Positions 47,888 through 59,967 of a stretch of DNA of 64,000 nt are shown one piece after another. Under the pieces are notes generated by a model that was given only the letters and a program-made list of their open reading frames with translations, was not told the origin of the DNA and made no database searches. Made by a program: the position numbers and the translations under genes. Every line of letters begins with the position of its first letter. The first letter of the stretch is position 1. The stretch is from NCBI GenBank assembly GCA_965202585.1, contig OZ241833.1, forward strand, positions 42,408,001 through 42,472,000. The letters are read 5' to 3'. The stretch comes from Thalia democratica. Lineage: Eukaryota.

Positions 47888-50800
47888 CTAGAACCACAAA
47901 GAACAAGCAGTGGACCCATAATGTTCAGCTATTGACTTAGGAAGTTCCGCACTTTCTCTGATTTCCAATGTTTCCAGGTTAAGAACCTCTGTAGAGTACG
48001 GACTAAGCACACCTCCGAACATGTAAAGGTCTGATTTCACTATGGCAACGGCAAACCGACACCGTGGATGTATGAGTTTGACGTCCAAAATTTCTACTTT
48101 CCCTACTGACATGTCAATTCTTTCAATTGTATGTGTAAAGGCTAAATCAAAGTTAAATTCAATGTAACCACCAAGCACGTAGATAAACTGTTTGTAAGCA
48201 ACAGCTCGATGGTGGCTCCTTCCTTCGATCAACTTTAAGTGGTGTGATGTTCTCCACTCTTCAGTGATCGGGTTGAACTTTTCAATTGAACTTAAACAAG
48301 TTTTAACGTAACAGTTGGTGCTGATTTTGGAACTGAACCCTCCAATGCAGAAAACTTCATCATCGAAGTTCACCAGAGCGTGACCGGCTCTTCCGTCGTT
48401 CAAACTTCCAACTTCCCTTACTGTTTGAGTTTTTGTGTCGAATATAAAGCAGCTTTTTGTTATTTCGTCATTGTTCAGACTGCCACTTGCTATTAACAGC
48501 GAGTGTTTTCTGTATACGCACATACCAAAGCTACTGCGAGATTCCGCAGCCGAGAGTGTTGGTTTATTCCCTATATTGATTCTAGTGACCTTTTCACTGA
48601 CAGTGTGGTATTTGTCAACGGTGTTGTTACTACAACCTCCAACCAAGAAGACGGAATTTCCTATCATTGCACTACCATGCAAGTATCTTCCACTCGGAAG
48701 ATCTTGTAGTTTTGTCCACTTTTGACTCAAAGTAGAGAATGAGTAGCATGATGATGGGTACCCTTGACCTCCAAACAACAAAATTGTATCTGTTCATAGT
48801 TTTTAGTTTTAAATTGACTGAATATATTTAATAAAAATGAAAACAATTTTGCAGAGATTTGTCGATATTATAAGTTTTTAAACTTGAAGTCATTTGTTCA
48901 AGCTTATTAAGAAGACTACTAAACGTTTGTTTTGACTAAACTGCTAATAACACTTAATTTGGAAGAAAGGTGTTTATAATTTTTATGGTGTTTTGAAAAA
49001 GTTTATAGACAAATTTTAAAGAAAAACTTGCCATTTAGTTCTTTGCGACTGTTAGATTTAATTTCAAGATTGAAAAACGGAACTGTTACTGTTTATTTTC
49101 GCACAAATTTCTAGTACATACTGTTACACATAACTCAAAAAACTAAATAAAACCCTCTTTTTTTAATTTTAGGCTATTGCACATTTAACAAGGTTTTGTA
49201 AGCGAAATTTTAAACAACTTATATTTTCTAATTTTGCTAAGAAAAGAAACTTTTTAAATTTACGAAATTTCTAAGGTTTTTAGTTTTCAAAAATTGTCTT
49301 ATTTTTCGACCACAGCTCCCTTTAGACATCTACATACTTGTATGACCAAAACGTTATTTTACTTTTGTAAACTATTAATTATGTTTTAAGGTTTAAATTA
49401 AGTTAAAAATTAAACTTATTTTTTGGTAACTTATTTATATAACGAATTGTAAAACTTACTCAAAAATTTTGTTTACAAAATATTAATATTAATTTATATA
49501 ATATTAGCTGAGCTAACGTTTTCTTGACTCTATCTTCATGTCTTCAATTTCTTTGTTGAGTTGTTCATTATTTTCAGCCAGTTTTCTTTTTTCTGTTTTT
49601 ATTAATTTCGTTTTAGTTTCATAATACTCGTCTATAACGTAAATAAAGCTTTATTTTGATAATATTGTTTAACTCTATTTTGTTTTTTAGAATAAAACGT
49701 TCTAATTAATTTTACAAAAAATCATAAACGCTTAGAAAAAATTATATATATTTAATCATAGTTTTGTTTAAACTTGCAATACAAGAAATTAAAATATAGT
49801 TTACATTTATATATTCAGCAACTATTTCTATGGTTTGAAATAACGCGTCGACTTTCTATTGTTATCTAATATTTTTAAATAAAATAACAAAGTAAGATGC
49901 TTACTGACTATGATTATTACTTTAGATAAATAAAGAGATAAAAAAATGTTTTAGCATAACAAGTTATGACTTTTTTTTGTTTAATAGTTAAAAACCTTAA
50001 ATTTGGCTTAGATTTAAGTTAACAAAGTTATTAATAATCTGATTTGTATATATTGTAACTATTACCTTTTTCATTTTCTGCATTTTTACTTTCTAACTTC
50101 TTTATTTGTTCTAACAATTCTGCGTTGCTTGTTTTCAGAGTTTCAATGTCTAAAGAGTTGAAACTTTATTAAAAATATCAAAAGTTTGAAATTCAGTTTG
50201 TTGTTTTAAACTAAATAAAATCAGAGCAACTGGTCTATAATTATTTCCTGTGTATTTCTTCATTTATTATAAAGAATATTTATAACATATTTTGTTTTAA
50301 ATTTAACTAAATGCGAATATGTATATACTTATACTTATTCAAAAACACTGTACTGCATTACGTCTTGTACTTAAAAACAAGTGACATTATTAAGTTTTAT
50401 AATTTATTTAAACAACATAGACATAAAACATTTAGTTATTAAAAGCAAAACTAAAAAATGTATGCTACATAATATTTTATAAAAATCAAAGTGATTATAG
50501 TTTTAAAAATAAAATTTAATTGGTTACAAAATCTTATCTTATTTTATGCATAAACAAATTGACAAGTCAATTCGATTTCACTGTTCAAGTATGAAAAAAA
50601 ATATTTTTTGAATCACAAGTATATTAGTTTTACTCACAAAACATTTTCAAGCGTAAACTCTTATAAAGTTTAGTGTTATAAATTTATAAAGTTTTTACAA
50701 CTTATAATATATTTATAGCTTTTTTAAAGAGTTAAAATGTTAATTTTAGATAAAAAAAAATCAAAGATTTTTTAATATTCCATATATAAAAGACTTGTTA

Positions 50801-53800
50801 AATATGCAAAAGTAAACATTTAAAACTAAAAAACATTTTTGTAACAAAACAAAAATCGATGCTAAATTAAAGTGATAAAATATTTATTTAAAATTTAAAG
50901 CAGAGTTCAAAGTACTTATTGTTAAAATCAACCTAGTTTTTAGTAAATACCAAAATATTTTTTCAAAAATATCTAGTAAACAAATTGTTTATAAAACTAA
51001 TTTAAGATATGTGATAACTTTTCAACACCAATTGTCTAATCTTTTAAACGAGTTTATGATAGGTTGAAAACTAAATACAACAATTAGTCCAGTTTTAAAA
51101 AGTATGGTAACAGTTCTATTAAACAGTACCTTTATTGAGACTATCTTTGAGTTTGTTTAACTTAGTTTTCAAATGATCATTTTGAGCTTTCAATAATTCG
51201 TTATTACTCTTCAAGACTTCCAAAAACTCATCATTGGCTCTGATACTTTGATTAGAATCTAAAAAATTATTATTTTGAACGAAAACATTTTTAACAATTG
51301 ATTTTCAATTATTAATGTTCAAACTACTGGCTATTTCAGTAATGATCAAGTTGAAATTATTTTTCACTCATGTAAAACTATCCTATTTTTCAATAATGAA
51401 TGCTGGATAAAAAAGAATTCTGCTCATGATCTTTTTGACATCCAAGTGGGAAGCTTTCATGGAGCAGAGATTTGTGAACTGGTTGGATTATTTATCCTAA
51501 AAGAGATTATTAATGATAAGAAGATCAAAATATCCAATTGCGGCCTTTATCGAGATGACGGTTTACTTATAGTAAAAAAACGATCACCAAGATTTATTGA
51601 TCAACTGAGAAAATCTCTAACGAAAGCATTTCAGCAACATAACTTAAAAGTGACAATTGAACTCAGCACACAGAGGGTGGATTTTTTGGACATAACTATG
51701 GACCTGGAAAAAGACGAATACCTTCCATTTAGAAAAGAAAATGCTAAGAATATTTATATGAACTTTAATTCAAACCATCCATACCCAATAAAAAAAGAAA
51801 TCCCATCAATGATACAAAAAAGGTTATCATCACTATCCAAAACTAAAGATATATTTGACAAGATAAAAGATCCGTATGAAAAAACCTTAGAAAACAGTGG
51901 CTTTAAAACAAAACTATCATATGTTCACAGTAATACTATTGGAAAAAGTAGAAGAAAATTAAGGAAAAAGAAAGTTTTTTACTTCAATCCTCCTTTTAGT
52001 AATTCTATAAAGACGGATTCTATATAGGGAAAGAATTCCTAAAATTAGTATCCAGACATTTTCCCAAATCAGGCTTTTATGGTTCTATATTTAATAGAAA
52101 CACAATTAAGATTTCATATTCTTGCATGTCCAACTTGGAAAAAGAATTGTCCAATCACAACCAGAAACTACTTCAAAACTCAAATGATACAACTGAAAAA
52201 AACCGCAAATTATGCAATTGTAGATCAAAAAACAATTGTCCAGTTAAAGGTGAATGTCTTACCAAAGGAGTTATTTACAAAGCAACAGTCATGTATAACA
52301 AAAAAGAACATATTTATATTGGTTCAACTGGGAGAAAATTTAAAAATAGATTTTACGAACATACACAATCCTTTAATGATGTAAAGAAGAAAGAAAGCAC
52401 AAGATTAAGTAGATTCATTCACAAAATAAAGAATAGTAACCCTGATTGGAAAAATATGATAAAATGGGAAATTGTTCATCGCAGTAACCAAAACAAGCCC
52501 AGTAAAATTTGCACCCTATGTAACTTAGAAAGACTCGAAATCGCATTTGCGGATAAAAACAAACTTTTAAACTTAAGATCAGAACTGGTGGGAGAATGTA
52601 GACATTTTACAAAATTTTATTTAAAGTCTTAATTTGCTAGATTTAAGTTTAATCTACCTTTGTTTTCATTATATAGTTTTGTTTTTATCGTTTGATTTTT
52701 GTTATGATTGTATTTACGTTAATTATAATTTATCTTGCTGAATAATACTAAAATTCAATTAGTTAACTAATCACCTAATCAACTAATTACTTATCTAAAA
52801 CTATATAAAATGTTTGTCCGTTGCAACTTATTAGTTTGTTTACTTTTACTTGTGATCATCGCACTAGCGTGAAACAATTGTTAAGTAATAAACTTTTTAA
52901 CAATTTAACTTTTGTCATAATTGTATTTTAAAAATAAACTGAAGCTTTTCAAAATTAATTGAATACGTTAAAAACAAGATATCAAAATAAATAAAGTTTA
53001 AGTTTAAAAACTATCGGATTCTAAAAAGGAAGAAAAGAGCAATAACTAGCAAGAAAACATTTGTAGTTAAAAAAAACATCATTGAAATGTTAGTTACTAA
53101 TTAAATTTAGAACTTACTTTCAGCAATAACGTTTTTTAAAATACTTCTAAGTTCTTCAACTGTAACTACACTGCAAGACGATTTGTTTGGTGTACTTTTT
53201 AACATTTTCAGTACTTTTTCTGAAGAAGTAGCAATTTCCTACAATTAAAAAAAAAAACTTACACGACTTTTTTATTTAATTTAAGTCTAATGTAAAATAT
53301 GTAGATGATGTAAGTTTAGATTTTTACTAGAGCAATGGTGCATTTTTATTATTATTTATTTAACTAAATTTTTGTTACTTAACCTGTGTTTTTTACGTGT
53401 TTTTTTGTTTTGATATTTTTAGTTTTTTCAATTAATCCAAACACAGTTTTTATCTTGTGAAGTTAAATTAATTTAACTTTTTAAATTTATAAACGTCCTT
53501 AGATTGGAATTAGTTAGTAAGATATAAAAACTTTAAAATATTAAAATTATCATAAGTAAAATATTTGTTTAACTTTATTAGACTCATTTTATTTTTGTTA
53601 TTGTTACCATGATTATCACTTGTTATTATCATAATTTTGTTTCTCCTTATTATTTACCAATAAAAAGTAATAGTTAATAATGAATTAGTGAAAAGTGTTT
53701 TTTGATTGAAAAATTTATAATAAAAAATACAAAGCTTAAGAACTACTACAAGATATTTTAAGCTAAATAAATTTAGTTTTAGATTCTATTTTTTTATAAG

Positions 53801-56800
53801 TTTGTTCATATAAAACTATTTTATTAAGTTGTTGTTAACTCTTGATTTTATTCATTTAATATTTTTTTTATTAAAAACAACCAAAACTATATTTTTTTAT
53901 CGGTTGTTAAGCTTTGACTACTAAAGGCAAATATAAGTTTTTAAGAAAACTCTTTTTCAAACGATAAAGTACCTCAATATTTGTCAATCTGCTTTCGTTT
54001 GCATTTTCATTCATTCTGTGAAAAAAAAAATTGTAAACATACTGCTCACTTATCAAAAATTAAAATTTAAAAAGACAAACAATAACGACTTCGATCAAGT
54101 TCAACAAACTGAAGTTTGTTTGTTTTGTTTTGTTTAATTAACGCTAAAACTTGGACTTTGCTGGTAAATAACAATTGTAGATAAAAAACTGACATGACAT
54201 GACAAATTGTATTTCAAAACCGACCAAGTAAATGAAATAATGTTTTGTAAGGTTTTGTACAGCGTAAGTTTAATATAACGTAATTTTAATGTATGTCTAA
54301 GTGTAAAGAAAACCAGTCAATGAAAACTTAAACTTTTACACATTTTTTTTGTATACTTATACAAATCTTAACAATAATAAAAAAATGCTTTTGTAAAGCT
54401 AAATAGGGTGTTATATTTGAAATAAATATTTTCTTATTGTTGTATTAACTGCTTACAGCGTGAACTAGTTAAGTACTGTATTGGTACAACTTCAGTTTCA
54501 GTATAACCGAAACTTAAATACATTCTTTTTCGGAGAACTTGTATTTTGCGTTTTAAATTAAAATTTTACTAATATAAAATGAAACTTATATTTCAAACTC
54601 AGAAATTTTAAAACTTTACTTTGCTAAGAAATATTTAATAAATAAATCAAGCAACAAATAGTTATATATTAAATAGAAAACTATATAAAAATATGTTTTA
54701 TATTACTTTCTACTAACGTAAATTGCCTTTAAACACTAATTTCAATTAATTATAGTAATCAACCTTTTAGTCCTAATGTTTTCTTTTCTCCTTTGTTTTG
54801 TTTCCTTTTGATTTTGAATGTTCAGGCTTTCAATGTATTTTTTCTGATCCTCAGCGGCTGAAAACAAACAGCTTTAAGACTAATGGTTAATAGACTAGCT
54901 AACAAAGATTAAATATCTTTTAAATTTTCAGAACTACCTACAGCAGTAAAGAAAAATAAAGTTTTAATTAAGCTCTTATTGATAAAAAAGCTCACAGTTA
55001 ATTTAAAAAAAAAGTTTAATCGACGCTTCATTATAAGTTTTTCAATCAAAAACAAATCTAACTTAGTTTGAGAAGTTCATAAAGATGGGACTGGTAAATT
55101 TCCGCCATAGCTTGCAGCACGAGTCTCGACCATCCGTGGTTGAGACAATTGTTCTCAGCTTTCGAAATAAATTCACGATTTGCATCTGCTGTTGATTCAC
55201 CCCTGTATTTGTGGAAAAGTTGCGTCTGTTTGGATATCATGACGTCATAAACAATGAAAAATGCTATATTAAGTTGTATAAAAAATAACTTGTTGATTAG
55301 ATTTATGTTTGCTTGTTATGTTAAAACTACGTTTTATTATGATGCCAAATGTGTATACGAAATAATCAGCGTCATAGACAATGGAAAATTACGTTGTGAC
55401 GTCAATAAGATTAACTTGATAACGATGCAACTTGGTTTGTGTGTGGTTGTTACGTAACAACCACAAATGTTATTATGACGTCATATACAGGTGTATATTA
55501 ATACGTCATATACAGGTGTGACGTACTAATTGGTTGAACGAGCTATTCAAAACAATTATTTTGTTATTACTATTACTAGTACTATTGTTAGTAAAATTCT
55601 GTTAGTAGTATTTTACTGTATGTTGAACAAAAAGTTCTTAAAAAAAACAATTATTTATAATTTTGTTGACGTTTAAAAGTTTACTTCTATTTATCAAATT
55701 ATTTGAGCGTGTTTTCATTAACTACACAATTTCTTTAAGCTTTAACAATAAACTTATGAGAATTTTTATTTAATTAACAAAATAACTGTCTTTTAAAAGA
55801 CGTTAAACTGTATCTGTGGTGTACGACTCGATAACCGAAAGGTTTTATCTTACATCAGGTCCTTTGATCAAACTTTTTCGGCGTTTTTTGTATTTCAATA
55901 AACAAAACGCGTAGACTATTAATAATAGCAGAAAATAGGCTTCTAATAAACCTAAAAAAGTTTTGGTTTTAGCAGGCTCTAATTAAAAACGTTTAACTTG
56001 AGCAAAAACATAAATTTAAAAATAAGTTTAGTTTAGTTTTATACAAAGTTTTATATTTTTACATAAATTTAGATTTTTTAATTTACTTGTATAACCAAAT
56101 ACACACTTAAACAATAAAAGCTTAAAGTTTTTTATATACAAAATAACGTTTTTTTATTAATAAAAATCTCCCTATCATTTAAACGGTATAAAAAAAATTG
56201 CTAATATTTCCAAAAGTTCAAAAAATTTCCTAAAAAATGAAATAATCAAATACAAAACAAACTTTAAGGTCCTCAGGCATTCCGATTGGGAACTCCTGTT
56301 TAAACAAGAGAAAGTTTTGAATAAATTTCATCTTCAGCTCCGATGATGACGTAAGCTTGAAGAGGAAGACACAATCATGCATTTCGTCAGACCTAATAAT
56401 ATTTTAAATTAAAACAACAAAATTGTTGAATTTTTATTCGATTTGAACACGGTTTAAAAATTTAAAAATTTTTTTTTAGTTAAGTGTGTGTAAAATTATT
56501 AACCATTTAAATAAGAAGTGAGCGGTAAACTTCAAAAGCCTGCTTATTATAAGTCTATGATCGATTCATTTTTTAATTGTTAAATTTTTGTAATCAAGTT
56601 TAAAACTATGTCTCTTACAAATTTAATAGTATTATATAGTATTTTTTTTATAAACGATAAATACAAAAGAGTTGTAAACAACATACATAACTTTTTAGTA
56701 TTACTACAAAAAGTATTTATAAAATTATATAAGTAACTACATTTAATACGTAGCTAGTATATTTTTCTGATAATTCAAGCACGCAACAATTGAAAAAAAA

Positions 56801-57789
56801 AATTAGCAAAAACAGATATCTTTAAGGAGTGAGATTCGTAATGACTTTAAAAAAAATCTTTAATTAGGAAAAAAATATAAAAGAGTTTACTTTTAATATT
56901 AAATTTTTATGTGGTATAAGTATACCGATTACAATATATGTTTGTAAGACAAAAGTTTAACTAGCAGTATTTGAAAAAAATTTCCCAAAAAATTGTTGTT
57001 TATTATAAAACATTCGTTGCGTGCTGTAGTTTTCTGAGCCCTACTTTAAATTTTGTTTTCTAAAATGCTTCTACACAGTATGCTAATTTGCAAAATAATC
57101 TCTAAGTACTGTATTAAACAAAATTTTGTACCTAAAAGAACTCTTGAAAAATGTTACATTTATGTGTAAAGTATAAGTAGCCTTTATTGAAGTTGTAATC
57201 AATTTTGAAGTAACCTAAATTTTACGGAAAAAAGTATATTTATATAATTACATGGTTACAAAAATATTTGGTGTGTAAAAGCGTATTTAACAAGCATAAA
57301 CTTTTCTTTTTTTAACCATTTTTGATACAAATATATTTATATTAGCTCTATTGCACGAAATAAGTGACAAAATTTTACTTTTTAAAAATAAACAGAAACT
57401 AAAAGTAAGAACATTATTTTGATTATTTTGATAAGAAATGTATATGAAAACTATCTGAGTTTTTTTTTAATTTTGAATATAAATATAAATAAAACATGCA
57501 TAATTATATATAAAGTTTCTTGACTACCAAATATTTCAGCATTATATGTTAAATAGTCTAACCAGTTTTGGTAGTTTACTGGTTTGTAACAATTTTAAAT
57601 TTGTTTTATTAGCAATTTAACATTTTTGTTTTTTGTATTTTCTGCTTTTCTTTATCTTAACACATACAGTTGTATTAACAAAAAAGTATACTTAATAAAG
57701 TTACACACTTAACGATTAAAAACATTAAAAAATTAAATATAAAAAGCTAACCAGGTTTGAATTTCATCTGTTGAAATTAAGGCAGACAT
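47888..57789 (-). CDS. 605-aa protein: CARD-like death-fold domain, coiled coil, six Kelch repeats; 10 coding exons
   Basis: Exons (minus) 57789-57752, 56392-56263, 55225-55063, 54857-54764, 54015-53973, 53238-53118, 51258-51130, 50149-50066, 49631-49518, 48789-47888. All are AG/GT, phases chain 2,0,1,2,0,1,1,1,1, and the 1818 nt are open. N-terminus ...FIQNFLLFKQEFPIGMPEDLK...STADANREFISKAE...LVLQAMAEIYQSHLYELL. Heptad-rich E/K/N/L middle. The last exon has Kelch GG blades (LFGG, FLVGG, FCIGG, IYVLGG, LYMFGG) with R..H and W motifs. Confidence 0.82.
51300..52893 (+). mobile_element. 5'-truncated Penelope-like element (RT C-terminal half plus GIY-YIG endonuclease), one frameshift, 12-bp TSD, antisense within an intron of the CARD-Kelch gene
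   Basis: RT motifs GSFHGAEICELVG, LYRDDG and VDFLD, thumb SNHP, then NPPFS...IGKEFL...NRNTIKISYSCM (frameshift near 52022), CNC..CPVKGEC and GVIYKA...IYIGST. TTTTTAACAATT is duplicated at 51288-51299 and 52894-52905. Confidence 0.92.
52846..52888 (+). ncRNA. Minimal type I hammerhead ribozyme (G3:C8 variant) in the 3' terminal region of the Penelope-like element
   Basis: Stem I TTACTT (52846-52851)/AAGTAA (52883-52888); core GTGATCA (52852-52858); stem II CGC-ACTA-GCG; GAAA (52871-52874); palindromic stem III AACAATTGTT; cleavage triplet GUU. Confidence 0.65.
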
Positions 57790-59649
57790 TTTGTTCTATA
57801 GTTTTGTAAATACTTAACTAACTACTAAAATCTAGAAGAAAATGTTTGGTGTTATTTTGTTAAATTGTAAATTTTAAATTAATAACTTTTTCAACTTTTT
57901 TAAAGTACGTTCAGTTTAAAAACACTTAAAAAAAAACTTTAAGAAGAGAAGGCAAACATGTTATATGTGAACTTATGAATGTGTAGCTTTTTAGTAATTT
58001 GAAGCAAGTAAGCTGTGTACTAACAGTCCAAGTTTAAAATATAACTATACTTATCTTTGAAACTAGATAAACAAGATCGCTGTGTTTAAGTCAAATAAAT
58101 TTTATGCTACTAAAACTTGTTTAAACATGCTTCTTCGCAAATGAAAGTCGCTTCTAATAAAGCAAACAATATAGGCCGATCTTCAGTACAAATTTAATCA
58201 TTAACTTTTTACACCAAATGGGATTGCTTGGTTTTGTGTAAGTTTTATTAACAAAAATTATAAAACAATCTAAGAACCAACATTTAAAAAATCTGATTTT
58301 TCTTTGCTTTTCACACATAACTTAATCACTTTGATACATAAAAAATAAACAAATACATTTTTTACTAGCTATCAAAAGCATTTGTTTTATAATAACTAGT
58401 TGTTTAAGCTTTAATGTTATAAAACTTAAATAGCCTATTAGTCTTAGCTTTAAAACAAAACTAAAGTTGATTATAAAAGTAATTGAAAAAAACAACTTAA
58501 AGCTTGTCATTTTTTTTTCTAAAAATTATGTAAACAGAACGTCTATTTAACTTTAAAAGTCATTATGCTACCAAAAAAAAAAACAACAATTCATTTATTT
58601 TTTCTTCATACTGTAGAGCTGCGCCAACAAGTGTCGAAAATTTAAATATTAGTCACGTGCTTAAATGGGAACTTACCAAAAATGAAAAAACTGATGGCAT
58701 TATAAAGCAAGGTTGTCGAATATTAGCAAAAATATCAGTTTAAAAGTTTTTATAAATTAATTGGTTGATTTTTATTTTATTTTAACTATTGTCTTACCTA
58801 AACTGCCAATCTTATATTTCAAAGAAGTATTTGTTAGAAATAACGTAACTACACATTTTAACAGGATAAAAAATTTGAAAACAAATAAATATTAGCATTC
58901 TTCTACAAGTAATAATTAAGAATATAAATATTAATATCGTCATGGAAACAATGTAAAAAAATTAAAATTGTTTGTAAGTCTTAAAGAAACATTTATTAAC
59001 AATTTAGATAAGCATCTTAAAACCAAATGCAATTTCTATAAAAAAAAATTTAGCCAATGGAAATAACCTTGTATGCAAAGTCTTATCGGACAAAAGTAAG
59101 CTTTCACAACTGCATTATTTATGTTTCATAATTTAGATCAAGTATTTTTTTGGTTTATTGCGAACATGATCAGCGAAGACTCTAGAGAAATAACCTTTTT
59201 TATCTCGTCATTAGCAACGTCAGGTGTGACTTTTGAAAAAGTAGTTAAAAAAACAGACAACAAAAAAAGACAATCAAAACGAATTGAAACTTTACTTTGT
59301 TTTGCGCATCCAGTAAAATAAAAGTTGCAAAATAAGTTTTTAGTGTCCGCTAAAAATATTTTAATATTGAAAAGTCGTTGCGTTGATACTTGACACTAGT
59401 GTTGTACAAGACAAGATTATATGATGCACAATGCCGTTCAAAAGCTAAGCCGTTTAAACTAAGTTTTTAAAGATAATTACTTTACTAGAAAGAAAAAATA
59501 ATATTTTCAAATTAAACAAATCTAAATTCGTTAACCTAAATTCCTGCCTCATAAAGCTAGCTTTCTTTCGGTTTTGCTTCGCAAAAAAGGCACGCTTCGC
59601 GCGCGATCTTGCTTTAACTTCCATGCCTCGAAAGTTTTGCTTTCTTTGT

Positions 59650-59967
59650 ACGTCATATTTGCCACCGTTGCCAACAGCTATTAACAGTGAGTCTCTTTAG
59701 TAAACACAAATACAAAATGAACTGTGAGATACTGCAGATGAAAAAAAAGACCTCTTCAATGCACTTAACATTTTAATGACGGGGTTGCACTCTTCAATAC
59801 AACTGTTGTGTAAGCCTCCCGCCAAGAGACGGAATTTCCAATCACTGCACTGCCATGATACCATCTTTCACTTGAAAGATCTTGTAATTTCGTCCACTGC
59901 TGACTTGAAATGGGGAAAGAGTAACATGATGTTGGGTTGTACTCACTTCCAAACAACAATACACTAT
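59650..59967 (-). pseudogene. Truncated, disabled paralog of the Kelch exon
   Basis: Same phase-1 acceptor ACAG|AT. DSVLLFGSEYNPTSCYSFPISSQQWTKLQDLSSERWYHGSAVIGNSV aligns with DTILLFGGQGYPSSCYSFSTLSQKWTKLQDLPSGRYLHGSAMIGNSV. A 1-nt frameshift and an in-frame TAA follow, and similarity is lost near 59650. Confidence 0.85.

Noticed and set aside
48435-48725. Plus-strand ORFs overlapping the Kelch exon
   Set aside because: Antisense by-products.
52079-52384. 101-aa plus ORF inside the PLE
   Set aside because: Alternative frame overlapping the true endonuclease frame.
55063-55225. FERM F2-lobe interpretation of HKYRGESTADANREFISKAENNCLNHG
   Set aside because: There is a superficial match, but no F1 or F3 lobes, the domain is only ~110 aa, and the following QSHLYELL helix fits a CARD better. 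Kept as the alternative to test.
59121-59321. 66-aa plus ORF
   Set aside because: No domain, no splice support and AT-biased composition.
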